From Euglena gracilis (lineage: Eukaryota), in the NCBI GenBank assembly GCA_039621445.1, contig CP154954.1:14856236-14876235 (forward strand): a DNA stretch of 20,000 nt. The letters are read 5' to 3'. The position numbers and the translations under genes were made by a program. Under the pieces are notes generated by a model, which saw nothing but the letters and a program-made list of their open reading frames with translations, did no database searches and was not told the DNA's origin. Positions 12,694 through 20,000 of the stretch are shown piece after piece. Position 1 is the stretch's first letter. The number at the start of each line of letters is the position of its first letter.

Positions 12694-13259
12694 CTGGAGG
12701 TGTCCAAACCACCCTGCCTACTAATTTCATAACCTGGTCGAACCCCCCCCCTGGTCAGAAACAAAAATAAATGTTTCTGCGATTGCCTCCCTGGTCACAG
12801 ACGAACATTCATGGTCGTTGAACAGGAGGGATGGGAAGTTGTTGCGGGTTGAGAAAACGTCGAGATCTGGACGATGATGAACAATGCAACCAATTCCTAA
12901 TGATCACGCTTCTTCATGAGTTTTCACAGTTCAACCCTGGGGGGGGGGGACTGCAGCTAGTCCAAATTTCCCTTGAGGGCGGTCCGCAGGTTGGTGGTGG
13001 TTTTTTGATACAAAACTGAAGAAAATTTTTATTTGACCCCCCAAAATCAAAATTTGCCAAAAATGACCGTTTTGCAATTTTTGGAATATTTCTTGAAAGA
13101 AAACCAGCCAAGAAACGAACTCACCAAAAACCCATTTCCATTGTGTGTGTGTGTGTGTGTATGTGCGCACGTGTTTATGGTTGTGTGCAAATTGTCCCAT
13201 CATGCTGGCTTTTCGTATTGGCATTCGATTTCACTCCACTGGTCCTGGACTTTTGCACC

Positions 13260-13615
13260 TGCAATCTGACCCAGGTTGTCAGAAATCATTTTGTTCCACC
13301 CTACTTGTTATATGTGTTATAGAAGGAGAACGCTTCCTTCCTTCGTACCTCATTCGTTGCACTGCAGCCACTTTCACCGTGCCATGCCTTTGCCTGTGGT
13401 CACGGAGGGTGCGTTGTTTGTGGGTTTCTGTGCAGTGTCAACTGAACTGCACTCCAACCCTCTCCGCTGGTGAGAGTGTGTTCAAAACCTGGCTTTTGCT
13501 TTTGTCGTTTGTTTGACTGTTGTTGTTTTGTTTGACCCTCTGTTTGTGTGTTGCTTACCCCCCCCCATGTGTAATGAACCCCCTTGCCCAATGAACAGGG
13601 TGTCCGAACCTTCCA
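13260..13615 (+). repeat. Diverged paralog of 8836-9155
   Basis: Collinear shared blocks with 8836-9155. Confidence 0.8.
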
Positions 13616-14123
13616 GGTTCAGGTATGTGCCGTCACTGCTTTGACGGGGCAACGTATCGGAAGATTTGGCACAATGCTGCTTTCGGCATGGCCCCATTCC
13701 AACCCGTCATGGAACCATGCAACCTGCTGAAGAGTCCCCCACTGTCTGAATCTTTTGTTGAACACTTGTTGCATTTTTCTCCACATCAAAATGCATTACA
13801 CGTCGTGTTTTAAGTTTCTGTCCCCCAAACATCCACTCCTATCGACAGAAGTGCTTCTTTTGCATTTCCAACTCAGGCAAATTATTTTTGATGTGAAGTG
13901 AAGTGGGATCGGCTTCCCCCTCAGGTCTCCCAATCTCCCCTCGGGTTTCCAGTCCCCCCCACACTGTCTGTGGAAACTGACGGGGCGACAGCAAATTTTG
14001 TGGTGTTTGGAAATGAAATGTTGAAGTTTTCAAGTCCCAAAATTTTCCCGCACATTTTTTCCCCTAGGTGCATTTTTGCCCCCAGGAGAGAATCCAACCT
14101 CCCCCCTGAACAGGGGGGGTCCG

Positions 14124-15276
14124 AACCTTCCAGTTTGTCAGCTTTCATAGCATAGAAAAGCCCATACACCCGCGCTCAAAGAATTTACCCAATTCGGACT
14201 CTCCAGATTTCATTTTGGTGTCTAATCAGGTTGGGGGGGAAATACATGAAATAAAAATTAACCTGCATTTTATGGATTCCAGACCATTTCACATTCCCTC
14301 ATTGGAAAGTGGTCAACCAACGATGGTGGGTCATAAATTGTCACTGCGTGGCAGGACAAGGTATCGGAATATTGGCACAAGGCTGGCCCCTTTCCAACCC
14401 ATTTTGAACCATGCAACGTGCTGTAGCGTCCCCCAATGGCTGCATCATTCATCGAACATTATTATGCTCCTGCAACTTTGTATTTTGGTGGGATTTCAAG
14501 ACCCTCAAGAGGGGGGCTTTACAGAATTTACATGTTTCGGGGGGGAAGTCAAAGTTATCTGGGTGACAAATGCAAGATTTGCTGTGTATTCTTATTTTCC
14601 TCAATAATGTGCATTTTTCTGTCGGAAACGGACGTTCTCTGATGAAAATTGTGTATCCACCCGAAATTTTTTCAACTTTCTTCTGGAGGACTCCATTGAG
14701 GGGCTTCGTGTTCTTTGGGGTATTTTGGGGGTTTTGCAATATTTTTGTGTACAATTTCCTGAGTTTCTGGGACAAAGAGGGGGTTGGCTTTCAGAATTTG
14801 AAAGTAGCAAGTTTGACTGATTCAGCCTGCGTCCATCAACCAATCGCCCCGCTGACACCTAATTGTACAGCTTCCCACGCTATCCCCTGCTTCGAGCCCA
14901 GGCTTCTGCAGTTGCGCTGAAATGCTAAATTGGTGTAAGGAGAATGGGGGGCAAGCGCCTGGGGGTGGTGGGGAGCTCCCCTCACCATGTTCAAAAATTA
15001 CGACATGTGCGCAGAATCGGCACATTACCCACGCCGGGGGGGTGGGGGGGGGGGGCGCAAGCGCCGGGGTGAGTGGAATCCAGACCAAAGCGGTGTGCTT
15101 CGGAGAAAAGAACCGGAAGCCTTTTTTTCCGCAGAAGTCTCTCCCCATTCCTGTTGGAGTCGCTCCATGGAAGCCGTGCGGCAAGCTTGCCACCATTGAG
15201 GTGTTGAAGTGGCGCAAGTCGAGCCCCGCTTCATCTTGCAGCCCCGAAGCTGGTTGTTGCTGGCCCAGGGTGAGGT
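14124..15276 (+). repeat. ~1.15-kb dispersed direct repeat, copy 2
   Basis: Matches 9147-10298 with scattered substitutions and small indels. Confidence 0.95.
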
Positions 15277-15365
15277 AATGCGGACTGCCCTTCACCTTAG
15301 GTCTCGGTGTTTGAAGACAGAACTTTTTTGCAAGACGAATTGGGTCCCAGAAAATCCTCATTTTT

Positions 15366-15466
15366 GGTTACCTGGAGCCTCCAGGGAGGCTTCAGGGAGG
15401 CTGGTTACCTGAGCCTTCCTGGAGCCTCCCTGGAGCCTCCCTCTGGGGAGCCTCCCTGGAGGCTGG
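15366..15466 (+). repeat. (CCTGGAGCCTC)n 11-bp repeat family with GGTTACCTG head
   Basis: Same family at 19334-19547 and, degenerate, at ~2843-2890. Confidence 0.85.
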
Positions 15467-15703
15467 TATATATATACATATATACATATATATACATATA
15501 TATACATATATATGTACATATATATGTATATATATATATATAAAATATATGTATATATATACATATACATATATATACATATACATATATATACATTCCT
15601 ATATATATATATATTATATATAATATATACATATATATACATATATATGTATGTATGTATATATATACATATATACATATATATACATATATATACATAT
15701 ATA

Positions 15704-15740
<37 letters not shown>
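15467..15740. repeat. Compound (TA/TACA)n then (TG)n microsatellite
   Basis: Direct reading. Confidence 0.97.
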
Positions 15741-15745
<5 letters not shown>

Positions 15746-15907
15746 ATTTACGCCATGACCGCCAATGGCAGAATTGGTTGAAACATTTATCCATTAGCCA
15801 CAACGACGCCATGTCCGCCTGATTTTGCTTTTACCGTTTACCCGTTTGCTATTTACGCTTTGTCCGCCAAATTTTGACCACACAAAAGGATGTTGTTATT
15901 GGAGAGC

Positions 15908-16033
15908 AGGGGGGAGGAGTGTAGGGGGGAGAGGGGCAGGGGGGTGGGAGGAGGGGGGGTCCGGGGGAAGGGGGGAGGGGGCCGCAGGCCCCCACCCCCC
16001 CCCCCCCCCCCTCCCCCCCCCCCCCTCCCCCCC
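15908..16033. repeat. G-tract followed by C-tract (G-quadruplex or fold-back potential) next to the TRIM insertion site
   Basis: Multiple G4+ runs at 15908-15981, then near-pure C at 15989-16033. Confidence 0.75.
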
Positions 16034-16041
16034 GGGCACAG

Positions 16042-16374
16042 TGTTTACGTTGGTCGTCACCACCCGCCGTTGGACGGCCACGGGGCAGCTCATACTGCTT
16101 GCCGTGGCACGCCCTCAGGCGGGGAACTACACCCAAGGTCCGGCCAACCAGTGTCTCGTCCTTGGGCGCAGTTACACGCGCCAGTCGATCCCCGCGGTAT
16201 GCCCTCTGCCCGTACGGGATCGACCAGGACTCACACGGCGGGACCTGGGTCTCGAACCCACGACCTCCCGTGTGTGAGCCCAGCACCTTACCGAATAAGC
16301 TACTCGAGCGATACTCGGCTTGGTACTACGCGCCGGCTACCAACCTCCGTAGGATCTCCCGTCTGCCGCACACA
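16042..16374 (-). repeat. 3' LTR (333 bp)
   Basis: Plus strand TGTTTACG...GCCGCACACA; preceded on the minus strand by PPT; abuts TSD CACAG at 16037-16041. Confidence 0.93.
16237..16309 (-). promoter_or_regulatory. tRNA-derived (Val-CAC-like) Pol III internal promoter within LTR; not a functional tRNA
   Basis: Minus strand GCTCGAG TA GCTT ATTCGGTA AGGT G CTGGG CTCACAC ACGGG AGGTC GTGGG TTCGAGA CCCAG GTCCCGCC. A-box-like TAGCTTATTCGG and B-box GGTTCGAGACC at tRNA spacing. D and T stems pair; acceptor and anticodon stems are broken. Confidence 0.85.
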
Positions 16375-16384
16375 CTCCCCTCCC
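16375..16384 (-). promoter_or_regulatory. Polypurine tract (plus-strand primer)
   Basis: Minus strand GGGAGGGGAG directly before the LTR's TG start. Confidence 0.85.
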
Positions 16385-16719
16385 AAGAGCCTTACTACAT
16401 TAGCCCACTGCGTCACTATGGCCGTGGCCCCTGCAGCTCGGGTTATGCCTCACACGGCCCTAGTTGGCTGAGTGCTTCTCACGAGTACTGCGTCACCAGG
16501 CTGCCGACCCCTGCAGCTCGGGTTTGCTATTGCCGGCAGTTTACGTATTGTCGATTTCCACGGGCTCTGCCGCCTTGGAGCGTCCCCCTTTTGCATCGGC
16601 TTGAGACTTTGGAACGGTGTAGGAGTTTCAGTCGCCCTAGACTCGGCGCGTCCGCCTCCGCCTTCCGGGCGCCGTGGGGTCAGGCTCTGATTTCCCGGTT
16701 CGTGTGGCATTAGACGGGT

Positions 16720-16732
16720 TCCTCTGCTACCA
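16720..16732 (-). promoter_or_regulatory. Primer-binding site complementary to the initiator tRNA-Met 3' end
   Basis: Minus strand TGGTAGCAGAGGA directly after the LTR's CA end; plus strand TCCTCTGCTACCA equals the 3' end, including CCA, of metazoan-type tRNAiMet. Confidence 0.9.
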
Positions 16733-17065
16733 TGTTTACGTTGGTCGTCACCACCCGCCGTTGGACGGCCACGGGGCAGCTCATACTGCTTGCCGTGGCA
16801 CGCCCTCAGGCGGGGAACTACACCCAAGGTCCGGCCAACCAGTGTCTCGTCCTTGGGCGCAGTTACACGCGCCAGTCGATCCCCGCGGTATGCCCTCTGC
16901 CCGTACGGGATCGACCAGGACTCACACGGCGGGACCTGGGTCTCGAACCCACGACCTCCCGTGTGTGAGCCCAGCACCTTACCGAATAAGCTACTCGAGC
17001 GATACTCGGCTTGGTACTACGCGCCGGCTACCAACCTCCGTAGGATCTCCCGTCTGCCGCACACA
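16733..17065 (-). repeat. Middle (shared) LTR (333 bp)
   Basis: Identical by eye to 16042-16374; PPT on one side, PBS on the other. Confidence 0.93.
16928..17000 (-). promoter_or_regulatory. tRNA-derived Pol III promoter in middle LTR
   Basis: Same sequence as 16237-16309. Confidence 0.85.
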
Positions 17066-17075
17066 CTCCCCTCCC
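17066..17075 (-). promoter_or_regulatory. Polypurine tract, second copy
   Basis: CTCCCCTCCC on the plus strand abutting the middle LTR. Confidence 0.85.
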
Positions 17076-17410
17076 AAGAGCCTTACTACATTAGCCCACT
17101 GCGTCACTATGGCCGTGGCCCCTGCAGCTCGGGTTATGCCTCACACGGCCCTAGTTGGCTGAGTGCTTCTCACGAGTACTGCGTCACCAGGCTGCCGACC
17201 CCTGCAGCTCGGGTTTGCTATTGCCGGCAGTTTACGTATTGTCGATTTCCACGGGCTCTGCCGCCTTGGAGCGTCCCCCTTTTGCATCGGCTTGAGACTT
17301 TGGAACGGTGTAGGAGTTTCAGTCGCCCTAGACTCGGCGCGTCCGCCTCCGCCTTCCGGGCGCCGTGGGGTCAGGCTCTGATTTCCCGGTTCGTGTGGCA
17401 TTAGACGGGT

Positions 17411-17423
17411 TCCTCTGCTACCA
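17411..17423 (-). promoter_or_regulatory. Primer-binding site (tRNA-iMet), copy next to the 5' LTR
   Basis: TCCTCTGCTACCA immediately adjacent to the LTR boundary at 17424. Confidence 0.9.
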
Positions 17424-17756
17424 TGTTTACGTTGGTCGTCACCACCCGCCGTTGGACGGCCACGGGGCAGCTCATACTGCTTGCCGTGGCACGCCCTCAG
17501 GCGGGGAACTACACCCAAGGTCCGGCCAACCAGTGTCTCGTCCTTGGGCGCAGTTACACGCGCCAGTCGATCCCCGCGGTATGCCCTCTGCCCGTACGGG
17601 ATCGACCAGGACTCACACGGCGGGACCTGGGTCTCGAACCCACGACCTCCCGCGTGTGAGCCCAGCACCTTACCGAATAAGCTACTCGAGCGATACTCGG
17701 CTTGGTACTACGCGCCGGCTACCAACCTCCGTAGGATCTCCCGTCTGCCGCACACA
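17424..17756 (-). repeat. 5' LTR (333 bp)
   Basis: Same sequence with one visible substitution (C at 17653 vs T at 16271/16962); abuts TSD CACAG at 17757-17761; followed on the minus strand by PBS. Confidence 0.93.
17619..17691 (-). promoter_or_regulatory. tRNA-derived Pol III promoter in 5' LTR
   Basis: Same sequence as 16237-16309 except the substitution at 17653. Confidence 0.85.
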
Positions 17757-18194
17757 CACAGCCAAATGAACACCATTTTGGATTTCAAGTGACCCTTTTT
17801 TTGCACGGCAAATAATTTAGGTACAATTCTGGCCGAATAAATTCATTTTCGGTTTCAATTAAGCTCTATGTTGCCTCCCAGCCTCCCATTACACCCATCT
17901 TGGCTTTTTTGCAAAATGTTTTATTTTTTTGCTAATTTGGGCTATTTTGCATTGATTTGGGCAAATATTGGGCAAATTTGGGTCAATATGAACACCGTTA
18001 TGGCATTTTTGGTCATTTTGTGACATTTTGGTGGTTTTGGGTATTTTTGTGGATTTTTGTGAAATTTTTGTCGATATTGTTGGCATTTTTGGGCTATTTA
18101 AGGTTATTTGAAGCTATTTTAGGTCATTTGGTTGCTCTTTGGGGCTTTTGTGGTCATTTTGGCTCGGTTGTGAGCCAATGGATGCAGGCACCAG

Positions 18195-19170
18195 GCAAGA
18201 TGCTGATATGGACAAGGTGCAGACGCTGGACAAGATGCAGACACTGGACAAGATGCAGACGCTGGACAAGGTGCAAATTTGGACGAGGTGTAGTGGTTGC
18301 GGATGCTGGACAAGATGTACTGGTTGTAGATGCTAAACAAGATGCAGATGTTGGACAAGATGCAGTGGTCGCAGATGATGGACAAGATGCAAATACCAGA
18401 CAAGATGCAGTGGACGCAGATACTGGACGAGATGCAGATGCTGGACAAAATGCAGACACTGGACAAGATGCCGTGGATGCAGATGCTGGACAAGATGCAG
18501 ACGCTGGACAAAATGCAGACGCTGGTCAAGATGCAGATGCTGGACAAGATGCCGTGGACGCAGATGCTGAACAGGATGCAGATTCTGGACAAAATGCAAA
18601 CGCTAGACAAGGTGCAGATGCTGGACAAGATGCAGTGGTTGCAGATGCTGGACAAGTTGCAGATGCTGGACAAAATGCAGATGCTGGACAAGATGCAGAT
18701 GCTGGACAAGGTGCAGGCACTGGACAAGATGCAGACGCTGGACAAGATGCAGATGCTGGAAAATATGCAGTGGTTGCAGATGCTGGACAAGATGCAGATG
18801 CTGGACAAAATGCAGACACTGGACAAGATGCAGATGCTGGACAAGATGCAGTGGTTGCAGATGCTGAACAGGATGCAGATTCAAGACAAGATGCAGTGGA
18901 TGCAGATATTGGACGAGATGCAGATGTTGGACAAGATGTAGATGCTTGAAAAGTTGTAGATGTTGGACAAAAGAGGACAATATCGGACAACATGCAATGG
19001 TTGTAGATATTGGACAAGATGCAATGGATGCAGGTACTGGACAAGGTGTAGATACGACAAGGTGCAGAGACCACACAACATGCAAATACGGGACAAGATG
19101 TTGACGTTTGACAAGATGCAGACACTGTACAAAGATTCAAATGCTAGTCAAGATGCAGATGTTGTCCAGA
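18195..19170 (+). repeat. 18/27-bp minisatellite GGACAAGATGCAGATGCT; possibly coding (GQDADA/GQDAVVADA repeats)
   Basis: Units built from 9-mers GGACAAGAT, GCAGATGCT and GCAGTGGTT; ORFs 17957-18949 and 18330-18941 run through it. Confidence 0.9.
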
Positions 19171-19333
19171 TGTTTCACATCTCTTCTTCTTGTGCCTCGC
19201 TGTGCCTGCATTATCCCATTATCCTTGTCACATCCCCGGCGAGCAACTGCTGATTCATGCATTCTGAGTCTACAACACCACAGATTGCATCACGGCACAA
19301 CACCTGTCCCACTGTCGTCTTGTGCACAAAACT

Positions 19334-19547
19334 GGTTACCTGAGCCTCCCTGGAGCCTCTATGGAGGCTCCCTGGAGGCCTTGGTATCTGAGCCGCCCTG
19401 GAGTCTCCTGGAGGCTCCCTAAAAGGGAGCCTCCCTAGAGGCTGGTTACCTGAGCCTCCCTGGAGCCTCCCTGGAGCCTCCATGGAGCATCCCTGGAGCC
19501 TCCCCGGAGCCTCCCTGGAGCTTCCCTGGAGCCTCCGGCAGGTAACC
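19334..19547 (+). repeat. (CCTGGAGCCTC)n array bounded by GGTTACCTG...CAGGTAACC inverted ends
   Basis: GGTTACCTG at 19334-19342 and CAGGTAACC at 19539-19547, with 11-bp units between. Confidence 0.8.
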
Positions 19548-19726
19548 TCCAGGGCAGGATTCTATTTTTGCGGTAGACCCAAATGAATTTGCGTGTCGGC
19601 GCAAAGTTACAATCACTTTCAAAGCCATGTGCGAGTTAGGCGGCCTAAGACAGCGAAACTCGTTGTGTTTGATTCTTTTCCAATAAAAATGGTGATACCG
19701 CGGCTCGTTTGTTTCGTCCTATTCCC

Positions 19727-19940
19727 TGCCGGCGCTGCTGGCCCACCCTGACAGTCTCTTTCTTCCACCGTCATGTCTCTGCCATTGGCCGAGACGCTCC
19801 CCCCTCTGGTCTGCACCGCCAGCGCTGACTGCACCTCCAGCGCGCCGGGCCTTCCACACTCTCTCAGCCACCACGAGTCGCGCACTCTCGGGTGGCAAAG
19901 GGACCTTTCTTCCCCTGGACTGACCCCGTGTGGAAAGCCG
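19727..19940 (+). repeat. Uninterrupted paralog of 11609-11705 + 11994-12100
   Basis: Shared GGCGCTGC.GGCCCACCCTG, GACGCTCCCCC.TC.GGTCTGCACCGCCAG, CTGACTGCACCTCCAGCG.GCCGGGCCTTCCAC, GGTGGCAAA.GGACCTTTC and GTGGAAAGCC. Confidence 0.85.
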
Positions 19941-20000
19941 TGCAAGACAACTGTTTGCACGTCGCTTTCTTTTGCTCTTTGCCATGAGCAGGTATTATTA

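Larger units (their letters stand above)
16042..17756 (-). mobile_element. Tandem-array TRIM (non-autonomous LTR retrotransposon): 3 LTRs + 2 internal domains, tRNA-like sequence in each LTR
   Basis: 691-bp periodicity. 333-bp repeats at 16042-16374, 16733-17065 and 17424-17756 read TGTGTG...AAACA on the minus strand. PBS immediately follows and PPT immediately precedes the LTRs. 5-bp TSD CACAG at 16037-16041 and 17757-17761. No gag/pol ORF. Confidence 0.95.

Noticed and set aside
16237-16309. Functional tRNA-Val(CAC) gene array
   Set aside because: Acceptor stem pairs only 4/7 and the anticodon stem is broken; no T-run terminator; embedded in LTRs.
16042-17756. 5S rRNA, SL RNA or snRNA tandem gene repeat
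   Set aside because: No recognisable 5S, SL, U1 or U2 sequence; PBS, PPT, TSD and TG...CA ends explain it as a TRIM.
15849-17792. ORFs of 130-204 aa repeated across the 691-bp units
   Set aside because: GC-rich repeat open in several frames; no gag, protease, RT or integrase motifs.
18195-19170. CRISPR array
   Set aside because: Contiguous degenerate tandem units with no unique spacers and no cas genes; eukaryotic context.

Overview
Repeat-rich, apparently non-coding eukaryotic DNA: microsatellites, minisatellites, homopolymer G/C tracts and dispersed duplications. I cannot confidently identify a protein-coding gene. The main feature is a complete, very young, non-autonomous LTR retroelement (TRIM) on the minus strand at 16042-17756. 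It is a tandem array LTR-int-LTR-int-LTR with 333-bp LTRs, 358-bp internal domains and a 691-bp period. It has TGT...ACA ends, a 5-bp TSD (CACAG), a tRNA-iMet primer-binding site and a polypurine tract. Each LTR carries a degenerate tRNA (Val-CAC-like) with Pol III A/B boxes, followed by hairpins whose G-U pairs work only on the minus strand. The whole unit also lacks any TTT on that strand, so it looks like a Pol III-driven, tRNA-promoter LTR element (Cassandra/Helenus-type design). Other features: a ~1.15-kb near-identical duplication (9147-10298 / 14124-15276), a 288-bp inverted-repeat-bounded insertion without TSD whose empty site lies in a paralog at ~19820, an inverted pair of 10-bp-repeat arrays, and an 18/27-bp frame-preserving minisatellite (GQDADA repeats).
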